Assembly (NCBI RefSeq): GCF_006345805.1
Contig: NC_043023.1
Location: 9,176,001 to 9,240,000 of the forward strand
Source: Octopus sinensis
Taxonomy: Eukaryota
Length of the DNA: 64,000 nucleotides
Direction of reading: 5' to 3'
In this document: positions 49,852-64,000 of the stretch, piece after piece
How positions within the stretch are numbered: position 1 is the stretch's first letter
Layout of the letters: the number at the start of each line of letters is the position of its first letter
Program-made: the position numbers and the translations under genes
The notes under the pieces: generated by a model
The model's input: the letters and a program-made list of their open reading frames with translations, nothing else
The model's database searches: none
What the model was told of the DNA's origin: nothing

Positions 49852-51297
49852 TTAAGGACAACGTATATTTGATACTAGCAAACAGCATACAACGAGAGGG
49901 AGCAAACATGAATAATTTAAGGAAAATTTAAGGACAACGTATACTTGATACTAGCAAACAGCATACAACGAGAGGGAGCAAACATGAATAATTTAAGGAA
50001 AATTTAAGGACAACGTATACTTGATACTAGCAAACAGCATACAACGAGAGGGAGCAAACATGAATAATGTAAGGAAAATTTAAGGACAACGTACACTTGA
50101 TACTAGCAAACAGCATACATCGAGAGGGAGCAAACAGGAATAACTTAAGGAAAATTTAAGGACAACGTATACTTGATACTAGCAAACAGCATACAACGAG
50201 AGGGAGCAAACATGAATAATTTAAGGAAAATTTAAGGACAACATATACTTGATACTAGCAAACAGCATACAACGAGTGGCCGGAAACAGGAATAATTTAA
50301 GGAAAATTTAAGGACAACGTATACTTGATAGAAGCAAACAGCATACAACGAGAGGGAGCAAGTATGAATAATTTAAGGAAAATTTAAGGACAACGTATAC
50401 TTGATACTAGCAAACAGCATACAACGAGAGGCAGCAAACATGAATAATTCAAGGAAAATTTAAGGACAACGTATACTTGATACTAGCAAACAGCATACAA
50501 CAAGAGGGAGCAAACATGAATAATTTAAGGAAAATTTAAGGACAACGTATACTTGATACTAGCAAACAGCATACAACGAGAGGGAGCAAACATGAATAAT
50601 TTAAGGAAAATTTAAGGACAACGTACACTTGATACTAGCAAACAGCATACATCGAGAGGGAGCAAACAGGAATAACTTAAGGAAAATTTAAGGACAACGT
50701 ATCCTTGATACTAGCAAACAGCATACAACGAGAGGGAGCAAACATGAATAATTTAAGGAAAATTTAAGGACAACATATACTTGATACTAGCAAACAGCAT
50801 ACAACGAGTGGCCGCAAACAGGAATAATTTAAGGAAAATTTAAGGACAACGTATACTTGATAGAAGCAAACAGCATACAACGAGAGGGAGCAAGCATGAA
50901 TAATTTAAGGAAAATTTAAGGACAACGTATACTTGATACTAGCAAACAGCATACAACGAGAGGCAGCAAACATGAATAATTTAACGAAAATTTAAGGACA
51001 ACGTATACTTAATACTAGCAAACAGCATACAACGAGAGGGAGCAAACATGAATAATTTAAGGAAAATTTAAGGACAACGTATACTTGATACTAGCAAACA
51101 GCATGCAACGAGAGGGAGCAAACATGAATAATTTAAGGAAAATTTAAGGACAACGTACACTTGATACTAGCAAACAGCATACAACGAGAGGGAGCAAACA
51201 TGAATAATTTAAGGAGAATTTAAGGACAACGTACACTTGATACTAGCAAACAGCATACCACGAGAGCGGGCAAGCATGAATAATTTAAGGAAAATTT
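49852..51297 (+). repeat. 76-bp satellite, forward sub-array (~19 units) with 7-mer higher-order duplication
   Basis: Orientation switch at ...ATTCATGT|TTAAGGACAAC; variant marks recur at 532-bp spacing. Confidence 0.95.
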
Positions 51298-53080
51298 GTG
51301 CACAATAAATACTTTTATGAAACATTTTTAATATTCTTTTTCTTTGCGTGTTTTACTAGTTTAAGCTAGGAAGTGTTTGTTTAAAATACCATTTGGAGGT
51401 ACGAGTATAAACGCATATACACACGCAGGTACACACACACATATACACACATACACATACATGCATACATTCTCTCTTTTACCTTTTTCAGTCATTTGAC
51501 TGCGGCCATACTGGTGCACCGCCTTAAATCGAGCAACACGACCCAATACTTATTTGCCGAACCGCTAAGTAACGGGGACATAAACACACCAGCATCGGTT
51601 GTCAAGCAATTCTACGGGGACAAACAAAGACACACAAACACACACATGCACATATATATATACATATATACGACGGGCTTCTTTTCAGTTTCCAAGGCTT
51701 TGGTCAGCCCGAGGCTATAGTAGAAGATACTTGCCCTAGGTGCCACACAGTGGGACTGAACCCGGAACCTTATGGTTCATAAGCAAGCTACTTACCACAC
51801 AGCCACTCCTGAAATAATATATAAATATATATGCATACATACAAGTATATACATACATACATATATTTGTATATACATGCGTATATTGGCACAGGACACC
51901 ACGAAACGTAAAGAAAGTAAAATAAATATAAAATACGAAAATTCAGTCATAATCGAGTTAATATTTCTTTTCTAACAGTTTTATTTTTGGATGGGATTCT
52001 GTGTTTCCTTTTCCATTTATGCAAACTATGAAAGTAAGTCCGAACACTCTGTATATGGCAGTAGTAAGATTAGAACCAGGGAAATTCCTCACCACCATTA
52101 ACAACACCTACAACAACAACAGCAGCAACAAGGCTCAGTGGGAATCATTAGCAAACTTATCATTTACATAATGAAACGAGCTGAGAAGGGAGTGTGTCTA
52201 TAGAAGATATTATGATATTAAATGAATTAAACAGGCCAACAGGTTGACATTAGAAGCTAGAAATGTTGAATGTATTCTAATAACAATAACGGTGTGATGG
52301 GATTATCACAGTAATTAATAAATAATTTCCATTGATCGAACAGAGCAACAAATAAAACTGTAGAACAAGCAAAAAAGAATAAAAAAACAAAATAGCGTGT
52401 TACGATATGTGTACGTGCTTGAGTGTGTGTGTATGCATACATAGGGTAAGAAAGCGCTAAACAATGTGTATAATTACCAGCTTGTTACCAGTTCAAATAT
52501 GCTTGAGGCCTACTCGAATCCGTAAAAAAGCCGTTCACAGTATATTGTTGTATTGGGGGGAAATTTTCGCTGTAAATACATAGGTGTAAACACACCATGG
52601 CCTAATGGTTAGGGTGTTACACTCAGTAAAACAACACATTTCATGAGTTGTTCTGTAATCATTTCGACATCTGGCGTGTGGCACACTTCTGGACATGTAC
52701 AGGCAATGTCGATTTCATGGCAAGGAGAAAACCTACGAGCACAATAACTCCACACCCCCACCAAATATATATATATATATTCTTCTTCGTCTTCTTCTTC
52801 TTCCCCTACCAAGAATTCACATGAACCTTAAACCCACAAGAGTAACAAGAGAGAGAGACAGAAAGAGAAAGGCAGAAACAAGAAAAATGCCACTTATATT
52901 TGAACACTATACAAATATTGTTTTAAAAATACTTTTCTTTTAATTTTTCTAAATTTAATTATTTAATTGTTACAGTTGAAAAGGTCTCAAATGACCGCGA
53001 AACCGATACTGAAATGTTCTTTAGAAAATTATTTCAGCATTTCTATCTTGACTTGTATTTTCATATATATATATATATAT

Positions 53081-53129
<49 letters not shown>

Positions 53130-53601
53130 CGTCATCTTTTTTTTTTACAAGTTTCAGCCATGCTGGGCACCACTTTGGAGAATTTTAATCAAGTTTATCG
53201 AATCCAGTATTTGTTATTTTATTTGTTAAGCCTGGTATCATTGCATCGGTCTCTTATCCCCAACCACAAAGTTACGGAGGTGTAAACACACCGACACCGG
53301 TTGTCAAGCTGTGGTGAGGGGTCAAGCACTTAACACACATACACACATATATGATGGGTTCCTTTCAGATTCCGTCCATCAAATCCATTCACGCTTTAAG
53401 TATATATATATATATATATGATAATAATAATATTAAGGAGTAAATCCAAACTTACAGGGAAAAATTAGATTTAGGATTAAATCTAATTTTATAGTATAAA
53501 TATATATATATTAAATTAGAGATAAAACCACTATTAGGCAAATCAAACAGTGAAAAACATAAACAAAACATAGAAATAAATAATTAATTATAATATACAA
53601 A

Positions 53602-53650
<49 letters not shown>

Positions 53651-54067
53651 CTTTTGTATAGGTTTTTACCGATAATGTTTCTTTTTCCATACCGAACTAC
53701 TTGGTAAAAGTTATTAATTACTAAATTAGTAATTCTTTACCCTGTATGTATGTATGTATGTATGTATGTATGTATGTATGTATGTATGTATGTATGTATG
53801 TATGTATGTATGTATGTATGTATGTATATCTATCTATCTATATATGCATATATAAACACAAACGCATAAATACATATATATATATATATATAGTTGAAAT
53901 TTACAGAAAAGCAAAAGACGAAGACACATGTATAAGCAACAAACAGGTGTAATAGTTTAACGGTGAGGAAGGTGAGAAATTCTTTTACGTTTCGAGCCTA
54001 CGATCTTCAGAGAAAGGAACACGAGAAATAAACAGAATAAAAAGACTTTTGGAGCTAGCGATCAATC

Positions 54068-54176
54068 ATGTATGTATGTATGTATGTATGTATGTATGTA
54101 TGTATGTATGTATGTATGTATGTATGTATGTATGTATGTATGTATGTATGCAAGTGTGTATGTATGTATGTATGTG

Positions 54177-54212
<36 letters not shown>

Positions 54213-54262
54213 TGTATGTATGTATGTATGCATGCAAGTGTGTATGTATGTATGTATGTGTA

Positions 54263-54298
<36 letters not shown>

Positions 54299-54915
54299 TG
54301 TATGCACGTATGTATGTATGTATGTATGTATGTATGTATGTATGTATGTGTGTGTATGTATGTATGTATGTGTGTGTATTTCTGTATGCATGCATGTATG
54401 CATGTATGTATGTACGTAAGTATGCACGTATGTTTGTATGTATGTAAGTATGTATGTATGTATGTATGTGTTGTATGTATGTATGTATGTATGTATGTAT
54501 GTGTGTGTATGCATGCATGCATGTATGTATGTATGTATGTATGTATGTGTGTATGTATGTGTGTATGTATGCACGTATGTATGTATGTCTGTCTGTATGT
54601 ATGTATGTATGTATGTATGTATGCACGTATGTATGTATGTATGTGTGTATGTATGCACGTATGTATGTATGTCTGTATTTATGTATGTATGCATGTATGT
54701 ATGCATGTATGCATGTATGTATGTATGCATGTATGCATGCATGTATGTTTGGATGTATGTATGTATATATGTATGTATGTATGTATGTATGCATGCATGT
54801 ATGTATGCATGTATGTATGTATGTATGTATGTGTGTATGTATGCATGTATGTATGTATGTATGCATGTATGTATGCATGTATGTTTGTATGTGTATGTAT
54901 ATATGTATGTATGTA
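54068..54915. repeat. degenerate (TATG)n microsatellite
   Basis: Duplicate of 33938-34920, shorter. Confidence 0.97.
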
Positions 54916-55518
54916 TTCCTTTACTCTTTTACTTGTTTCAGCCATTTGACTGAGGCCAAGCTGGAGCACCGCCTTTAGTCAAGCAAATCGACCCCAGGAC
55001 TTATTCTATCGGATTTCTTGCCGAACCGCTTAGTGACGGGGACGTAAACACACCAGCATCGGCTGTCAAGCGATGTTGGGTGGGGGCCAAACACAGACAC
55101 ACAAACACATACATATATATATTTATATACGTCAGGCTTCTTTCAGTTTCCCTCAAGCAAATCCACTCACAAGGCTTTGGTCAGCTATAGAAGAAACACT
55201 TGCCCAAGGTACCACGAAGTAGGACTGAAATCGGGACCTTGTGGTTGTTAAGCAAGCTTCTTACCACACAGCCACTCCAGCGCCTATGTATAGAGTTGGT
55301 TAAAATGTTTACTCTTTTACTTGTTTCAGTCATTTGACTGTGGCCATGCTGGAGCACCGCCTTTAGTCGAGCAAATCGACCCCGGGCCTTATTCTTTGTA
55401 AGCCCAGTACTTATTCTATCGTTCTCATTTGCCGAACCGCTAAGTAACGGGGACATAAACACACCAGCTTCTTTTGTCAAGCAATGCTAGGGGGACAAAC
55501 ACAGACACACAAACATAT

Positions 55519-55553
<35 letters not shown>

Positions 55554-56240
55554 CATATATACGATGGGCTTCTTTCAGTTTCCGTCTACCAAATCCACTC
55601 ACAAGGCATTGGTCGGCCCGAGGCTATAGAAGAAGACATTTGCCCAAGGTGCCACGCAGTGGGACTGAACCATGTGGTTGGTAAGCAAGCTAATTACCGA
55701 GAGAGACAGATAAATAGACACCCACGCAGGCATATACACAACGACTCTTTTTGTTTTTCTGGGAGTCCCTTTTTAAAGTAGAAGAAATAGCTAACGTTTT
55801 TTGGCTGCTATTTCTAAACTTCGGTATGTGGTGAAGCAAATCTTTGCTGAACCCTAATTATTTAGTATTACTTAAGTTTACCATGAAATGGTCCTTTTTT
55901 CATGCCGAATTCTACTTGATGAAATTATTGATTACTTCTTAATTAATTAATTTTATCCTTTGTTATTAATGATATTTAGATATATAGACAGAGACATACA
56001 TAAAAAGATAAATACATACGTACACACGCAACATACATACACACACATACATGCATACTTACATACGTGGATACATAAATACATATAGGTACGTACGTAC
56101 ATATACACATACATTTATTGAAAAAAAGATGTACAGTCAGATATAAAAGTGACAGACAGACAGGGATGGAAGTTAAATAGATACTTACAAACAGACAGAC
56201 AGAGATAGACAGATAGATTGATACATACATACATACATAC

Positions 56241-56271
<31 letters not shown>

Positions 56272-56362
56272 CATACACACATACATACATACTTATATAG
56301 TTAGACACATAAATATACTATTAGACAGACACATAACTGCATAGATAGATAGACAGACAGAC

Positions 56363-56405
<43 letters not shown>

Positions 56406-56458
56406 CAGATAGATAAATAGATAGACAGACAGACAGGCAGATAGATAGATAGATAGAT

Positions 56459-59400
56459 AAGTTTCTTTATTGGCCACATAGGGCTGTACACAGATGGGAC
56501 AAGGTAGAGCTTTTCTTTTGGGGGATGAAAAAAACAAAAAACAAAAGAAACTAAAAAAAGGGTCGGCGTAGGTTTTCGATCAAGAGGGATCGTAAAAGGG
56601 AAGAAAAGAACAAAAAAAAAAAAAATAAAGAAAAGGAAAAGGAACAAAAGAAAAGAGAAATGAAAAAAGAAGAAAAAAGCGGAAAAAAAGGGGAAGAGAG
56701 AAAAAAAACGATCAATAGGGATCGTGTATCACAGTGTTATGATATATGGTGTAAAGAGGAAAGCAAGTAAGGTGTATCCGTGGGAAGAAAAGCCTACGAA
56801 AAAGACCACGGTAACCTTGGTCAATATTGTTATATGTTACCACATTTGTTTGCAAGTGGGTATCCGTCTGTTATCAATTTCTGGGTTCATAGGATTATGC
56901 TCAAGGTGGCTTCGTCATTCATATGTGCCATCCTTGCTACATTCACCCATCTTTTTTTAAAACATTCGCTAGACAAAACTTGCCTCTCTACTCTCACTTT
57001 CCTTTTCAAGTTGTACGTGAAGAAGTTGATGAGAGATTGACCAGAGAGGAAAGTGTTTGTCTCCAATCCTTTCAGACGCGTCCACCAGATACATTCTTTC
57101 GCCATAGCCACAAGGATGATGAAAATAGCTCTTCCTTCCCGTTTGAAGGAAGGAGGCGTGACAATATTGACGATAGGCTCAGCTGATAAACCGACTCGTC
57201 CCACACGTGACAGCAGTTGTTCGACATAAGCCCACAGGTCGGAAATTGTTGGACACTGCACGAGTGCGTGCAGAACGGTTTCGTCGCTCTGAAAGCATCT
57301 CGGGCAGGTCGGCCCCGTGTTTCTCGAGCCATGTCTCTACAGACACGGCTCGAGAAACGAACGGGTAGCGCTTCTCGGTAGCACTGCCAGGCCAGGGATC
57401 TCTGGAAGTTGTCCATGGGCCCTGGCCCGAAAGTCGTCCGGAATAGGCGGGTCAGGTATTCCTCGTCGACGTCCAGGTTCGCCCCGAGATCGTCGTCGTA
57501 CCTCCCCTCCACTAATCCCCTATAGAATGCTTTGGTTGTGATGAAGTCACTCAAGGTCGACCTAGGACGGCAGAGTTGCTTGAGAGCAACGCGACACTCG
57601 CGGTGCCATTCGCCCTTCCTCGGCCTCTTTTTGATCCACGACTGCAGTTCGGTCATGGAGACGAGCTGCGGGAAAGCGTGCCTCACAAACGGCGACCACA
57701 CCTGTTCACCGTCATCTACGAAGAGCCTGATGTCGCAGTCTCAGCGTGTGTCTGTGTTGCGCATCATCAACCACGGCATGCCCAGTCCTCCTTTTAACGG
57801 GGTGTTGATAGCAAATGGATCGCCTGACCATCGGGACGCATCCTTTCCACAAGAAGCGAAAAGGAATGCGTTGTAGTTTGGTGATGGTAGGGTCGGGACA
57901 AGGTACGGTCAGGCGGTAGTAGATGACGGACGCGATGTATGTGTTCGCCACCTCCGCCCGACCTTTTAGGGACAGTTTCCTCTCGGCCCATTGCCGGCGA
58001 GAGTGACCACCCTACTCGTTATCTCGTTCCAGTTCTTCTCCACTTGGAGGTCCGGACCAAACCAGACCCGAGCAACTCAACCGGGCCGTCGGTCCAGCGT
58101 CCCACGACGGAGGCGCTGGTGGACGGCATGGGCTTGCTTCTCCAGGTGCCTAGTCGCAAGCCCACTGACTTTTCCCGGTTGATTTTCGCTCCTGTCACCG
58201 CTTCGTAGTTTTTCAGTGTCTCCCGACCTGCTCGATGTGCTCGTGGCTAGACACTATGACGGTGACGTCGTCTGCGTATGCAGACACGCTCGTCCCGCAT
58301 CCCAGTTCTCGTGGGTTGCCCCTCAAAGTTGCCAGCTTCCGCAATAATGGCTCGAGAGTCAATACGTATAGAAGCAACGAGCGGGGCATCCCTGACGGAC
58401 CGAACGTGCGATGTCGAAGGGTCTCGATAGATGTCCATTCACACGAATTACCGAACGGATGCCTCTGTACAAAGCGGCTATCCAGCCCGCGGAAGACGGG
58501 ACCGAAGCCAGCCGCTCTGAGGACCGCCTCCAAGTATCGATGGTCCACCTATCGAAAGCTTTCGATTGATCCAAATTGATCGGCGCCCCACCCATGTCAG
58601 GTTCGTTAACTACCCTGTCTATGATGTAGCGCATCAGGTGGAGGTTGTCACGGATGGTCCGGCCCGGCACGGCGCATGTTTGCGCCTTGTCGACCAGTTT
58701 CTCGATGACAAGCGCCAACCTCTTGGCTAGCACCTTGGCCAAAATTTTCAAGTCTGCATTAAGCAGAGTGATGGGCCTAAAGTTATCTATTACATTTCCT
58801 TTGTTTAGATCTTTCTTCAGCAGTGTTACGGCTCCTCGGCTCACAAAGCCAGGAATGCTCCTGTTTTGCTGCCAGTTGCAGTACACCACCGCCAAGAGAT
58901 CTCCAAACAAGTCTGGCATACAATTGTAAAGCTCGTAGGGTAGACCATCCAAACCCGTGATTTGTCCCTCGAGCATTCTGCCATCGCGTCCTGCACTTCC
59001 GCCGCCGTGATGGCACCTTCGCAGCACCCTGCCTTTCTTGCCGAGAGTCGTGGTAGGCTATGTAGGTAGGCACTGAAGTCCACCCTACGTTCTTGCCCTC
59101 CACTCGTCCCGAACAGTCGGGCAAAATGCTGCTGAAAGGCCTCACACATTTTACTTGGCTCGAGCAATTCGCGCCCCTGTTCATCTACCAGGGACCGAAT
59201 GGTGGCTTTGTTGCCCTGTTGCGCCTCTGCCACCCGGGCCTCTCTCGCGGCTCCAACACCTTCGTTCCTTAGAGCACGCATCCTAGCTCTGACAGCACAT
59301 CCTTCGTGTTTGGCGTTGAAGTGTTGGTCGAGGGTCAACCTCGCCGCCAAAACGTCGGATGCGATGCCGCTTCTAATTGCCTCTTCTAGCTTCTTAACTA

Positions 59401-61226
59401 GCTCACCCTCTACTCTATTTCTATCTATGGCTAGTGCTTTGCTGTACCTAATCGCTTCTGCTTTTACTGCTCTCTTGAGGGCAAACCACCATTTGTTGTT
59501 GATGATGGCTCCCGTCAAAGCCCTCTTTACTAGTGTGCTAATCCGGTCTCTGAAAACCTGTCTCGATGGGAAAGACGCGTTTAGTTTCCAGTATCCGGGA
59601 CCTGCCTAAGTGTCTTACCTAAGTCTAGCGTACATGTCACAAGTTTGTGATCCGTGTAGCTGACTATGTGGAATTGTGAACATCCTATGCTATCTCTGTC
59701 TACTGTCCTACACAGTATCCTATCTAGATACGATCTCGACGACCCGATGCGGTTGCTCCATGTCCACGTTGGCGCGTTCGGGTGGTCTAGTCGGAACCTG
59801 TCAGACAGTTGAAAGCGTCTGAGCAGGTCTCTGAGGCATTTGTATCCCCGTCTATTCCTATCTCTACCACGTAGTCTACATGCGTGTCCAAGGTAGCATT
59901 CCAATCCCCCACTAAGAGTAAAGGACGAGACGTTCCCAAGAATACTTCTAGACGTTGAAAGAAATCCGCCCGACCTGTTAAGGGCGGTGCGTAGACTGAT
60001 ACGAGTCGAAAAGCGCACCCATTGCTGCCGTCGACATCCAGGACGACCAGTCTACCCTCCGGGTCTACGAATATTGTCCTTACTTTGAGATCCAGACTCT
60101 TGCGAAAAAGTACCGCGGCCCCACTACCGCCCATTCTCGGCAGACAGGGGGAAAAATAAATGTTGAACTGTCCGCCAAACATGGTCTTTAGGGCCCGCGG
60201 ATTGTGGAGTCTGGTCTCACTTATGGCTATGATTTCTAACTTACGTGACTTTATGTCATTTAAGAGGTACCCTTGTTTCCCAGGGGACCCCAAGCCACGC
60301 GCATTTACACAACCAATCTTGATCATAATCCTAATGAATTAGAATACAAGTGAAAGGAACAGAGGGTTACTTACTGCTCGAAAAGTTTTGCTTTCTCCTC
60401 CTTTGGTTTGTCCTCGAGGAGATCCCAGTACAGTTTCTTTGTGAGATATTTTTGGCATTTACCAACCGCACTGGGGAAAATGTGTGGTGCAGACTTTTGG
60501 AGATGTGTAATATTTTGATGTGGTCTGGTGGTGTTGTGTATGGGTGATTGTGTTTTTATGTCATCTTCTGTTATGTTTGTTTTTGATTGGATGTATTCCA
60601 TCAAATTTGTGTTTTTGGTGTCTATAGCTGTGAGCATGTTTGCTGTATATATTTTTGTGGTGTTGGTGTGGCTGTTGTTTGTGTTGGGTTTTGAAATGTC
60701 TTCGGGAGATGTATATTCCCCCTGCTTTGTTCGTGTTTGCATTTGGTTTGGTTGTGTCTCTGCTCTTTATTTTCCTTCTTTTTGTAGCTATTTGCCTTCC
60801 TCCCTGGTTTCGTCTTCCGACGAAATTTCTGAGGAATCAGTAGGGCTTCTATGTATGTCTGTGTAAGTGGTTGTGCTGTTGTTTTCGTTGTTGTTGGTTG
60901 TTGAGTGTTTGTGTGTGGTGAGTGCGGTATGAGGGATGGGGGATGGGGATCAGTTTTGTGTGTTTTTCTTTGTTTTCTGTTTTTGGTTCTTGCTGTTGTT
61001 GGTGGTGTTGGTATTTTTCAGGTGTTGAGTGGTTTTTGGTTGATGACGGATTAGCTTAGGTTGTGCTTCTCGTCGTCTTCTGTGTTGATGGTGGTGTGGG
61101 TAGTAGAGCTTTTTTTTCCGGAGTGCTTTGGTTGTGGTAGTGGTTGTTGTTGTTGCTCTTGGTGTGCAGTGGTTGGGCACGTCTTTTTCAAGTGTGTTTC
61201 GCTTCCACACAAATAGCAGCGTGGTC
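56459..61226 (-). mobile_element. Tx1/L1-clade LINE copy 4 (duplicate of copy 3)
   Basis: Same 5' truncation point and 3' junction as copy 3. Confidence 0.95.
56887..60326 (-). pseudogene. ORF2 of copy 4, many 1-3 bp indels
   Basis: APE (59787-60326), RT (58359-59027 and 58213-58548 with AYADDV), C-terminus 56887-57261. Confidence 0.9.
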
Positions 61227-61261
<35 letters not shown>

Positions 61262-61478
61262 GAGATAGATAGATAGATAGATAGATAGACAGACAGAGAG
61301 ATAGATATATAGATAGACAGACAGAGAGATAGATAGATAGATAGATAGAAAGATAGATAGATAGACAGAGAGACAGATATATAGATAAATATATAGATAG
61401 ATAGGTAGGTAGACAGAATGATAGATAGATAGATATATAGATAGATAGATATATAGATAGACAGACAGACAGACAGAC

Positions 61479-61524
<46 letters not shown>

Positions 61525-61594
61525 GTAGATAGATAGACAGACAGACAGATAGATAGATAGATAGACAGACATATAGATAGATAGATAGACAGAC

Positions 61595-61669
<75 letters not shown>

Positions 61670-61675
61670 CGGACA
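61227..61675. repeat. (GATA/GACA)n array
   Basis: Directly visible. Confidence 0.95.
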
Positions 61676-62989
61676 GAGAGACAGTTTGACTGATAGATTG
61701 ATAAACACTGAAGTATTGTCAGAGAGACAGACAGACCGACACACGGATTTATTCCATATTAAAACTGGCAATTGTCGCCCTCATCCCCGGCATCAAGAAG
61801 CACCCTACAACAGAGGGTACCGGGTGTTTCAAAGAAGAAGGCCCATTTCGATCCTGGCAATCTTGTATGAAGGGGTCCTCTCCCAGTATACAAATATACA
61901 CTGACCCCTTAAAATATTTATCAGATTCTCATTTATGTGTAACTCTGATCTTTCACTACTTTGATGACATCAATTAATTGAAGCTAGTCAATCCCAAAAG
62001 AAAGTAGCTATTAGTCTGCAAGTAGCTGGTCAGTCCCAGAAGCAACTAAAATTATTCTGGGAATTGCCAAAGAACACAAGAGAGAAAAAAAAAACAACAA
62101 AAGTAACTGATATGAAAGCCAACACTCCCCAAGAAGTTTCTGTACAAGTCATAACTAATTGCTTAATTATGTATTGCGCATATATAGATATGTGTATATC
62201 TATCTTTCTAGTTATCCATATGTATATTGATTGATTGATAGATAGATAGATAGTCACACATACACACTCACACACACACATATTTATATATACATGTGTG
62301 TGTGTGTGTGTGTAACGATAAATTGACAGAAAGATAAAGAGATAGATAGAAAGATAGAAGCCATTCTCTCTTGTTCAAATTCTCTGAGGTCATTTTCTGC
62401 GAATAACCTATCAATGACCATTTGCCATTTAAGAAACAGATGCATGTGCGCTCACGCACATTTTTATAAATTGCGGCCCCAAAGCTTCATTGCTCAGTTC
62501 GACATCGGAGAGTTCGGAATGGCTTTGTGAGAGAACTTGTAAGTACATAACTTATATATGATCAAAAAAATTTTGTATTTCGTTTTAGTTGTGAAATTAC
62601 ATTTCTCATCTGCTCAAAGGATATTTTTTTCAGTTTTAGAATTATTATATGCTTGCTAAAATTTGTTTTTTTACTATAACGAATCTTTTTCTTATCTTAC
62701 TTTGCCTCTGTATTTTCCCCCGTTTTGTACAATTCCAGTTCTTAAACACTTGTAATTACAACTCTGGAAAGAGGAAAAGTACTCCTCCAAAATTCCCTGA
62801 TTTTTTAATTATCGGTCATAAGACTCCTTAAGCATGCTGCAGAGGAAAGATCATTAATGAAGTTAAATAAGTCTACAATTGTTTTGTATTCCATGTTTTC
62901 GCTCCTTTTCGTAATTAAATTTCTTTTTCTATGATTATATTCACATAAGTTTTAGTGGTGGTTGTTTGTGTTTGTATGGATCTCAGAGC

Positions 62990-63630
62990 ATTGTTTTGCC
63001 ATGGTTCCTATAAAGCTGCGATGACGGTAGATTTTCTACCTTTATTTTGCTACCTTCAGTAATCGCAGGATTTTCCTGAATGCCCTGCATAGTGGATTTC
63101 GTATGTTTCCGTCAGTTTCGGGACCGGTTCTCTGCTCCCCACCACTTCTCGCAATAGGTTCGTGGCTGCCACAATTAGCTCCACGGAAATTGGGTATTCT
63201 AACATAATGCTCTTTTCTACTCTACCATTTTGTTGTGAAATTTCCCACGGTAAATCTCAGCCTCAACGAATACATGTGGGACATTGTTAGTCCAACTATG
63301 TCCGTTGCTACTTGGGAGTTTCCATTTCATTTAGCAGTAACTGGTAGGACACGCTTAGTTACGCTTTGTCGAGATCCAACCAAACAACAGAAAGTGAGTT
63401 GTTCGCCCTTTCCTCATTGCCGAACTCTGATGTGCTTTCGGGGTCATTCTGAGTAGACTAGGGCACATCCCTTCACTTCTGTGCATGATGTCCCTAGAAA
63501 AGATAACTCCTCCAGAGAGAGAGAGGATATTTCTTCTTGGGACATCATTCACAGATGTTACACTGCTTCCTCGCCTTCCGTACAGTATATCAATCTCCAG
63601 CGCGAACTTGAAGTTTCTAAAGGCTTCCTT
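62990..63630 (-). pseudogene. HERO-type RT remnant (copy in X'')
   Basis: Duplicate of 22870-23520. Confidence 0.5.
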
Positions 63631-63714
63631 TGTCTGCACCTCTCCCTTTCATTTATATCTCTCTCCCTCTCTTGGTCTCTTTCTATTTCTCTTTGTCCCT
63701 CTTTCTCTCTCTCT

Positions 63715-64000
63715 TTTCCAATATGATTCTGTCGTGCGCAGGTGGAGCAGAATGTTTCGTAACTCCGTGTTCAGTTGCTTCAAAACTAATTCATCTCGAA
63801 AGAGTCCAGATGCTGGCTACCCGCATGGTTCTTGGTCTCAAACATTTGTCTTATGAAGAAAGGCTGAAGACGCTCGATTTTTATTCTCTAGAAAAACGAT
63901 GACGCCGTGGTGATCTCATTCTTGCACACAACACCATAAACTGAATGTGTAACCTCTCGAACGAGCTGTTCTTCACTCCTGCTCCAGAGCGTCGGCTGCG
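63715..64000 (+). mobile_element. CR1-clade LINE 3' fragment (copy in X''), cut by window end
   Basis: [27 protein letters not shown]. Confidence 0.8.

Larger units (their letters stand above)
51298..64000 (+). repeat. segmental duplication, copy 2 (paired with 31089-44011), runs off window end
   Basis: Colinear near-identity. Confidence 0.95.

Noticed and set aside
56459-61226. Copy 4 as a fourth independent GATA insertion
   Set aside because: It has the same truncation point and flanks as copy 3, so it is a product of the segmental duplication and is not counted as evidence of targeting.

Overview
This is eukaryotic, AT-rich, repeat-saturated DNA with no recognisable host protein-coding gene. 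The SINE families and microsatellite load look like a coleoid cephalopod (Octopus); this is recognition/inference, not a database result. The window is a nested transposon graveyard with a ~20-kb periodicity: X(21.5-24.2k) - A - 76-bp satellite - Y - X'(41.7-44.3k) - B - satellite - Y' - X''(61.7-64k). The headline signal is a Tx1/L1-clade non-LTR retrotransposon family (ORF1 with CCHC knuckle; ORF2 with APE + RT + C-terminal zinc motif) present as three independent insertions plus one duplicated copy. All are on the minus strand and all are embedded in (GATA)n arrays in the same junction register, which suggests a (GATA)n-microsatellite-targeting LINE. One copy has lost APE/RT (HAL1-like). 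Also present: three R4/Dong fragments stacked in a (TAA)n tract, a tRNA-headed SINE carrying a minimal type-I hammerhead-ribozyme fold, a Penelope-like GIY-YIG ORF, fossil HERO-type RT, CR1, RTE and hAT remnants, a telomere-repeat-containing foldback element, and a 76-bp satellite with an internal inversion and a 7-mer higher-order repeat. All transposon ORFs are disabled except possibly the GIY-YIG ORF. Most long ORFs in the supplied track are microsatellite translations.
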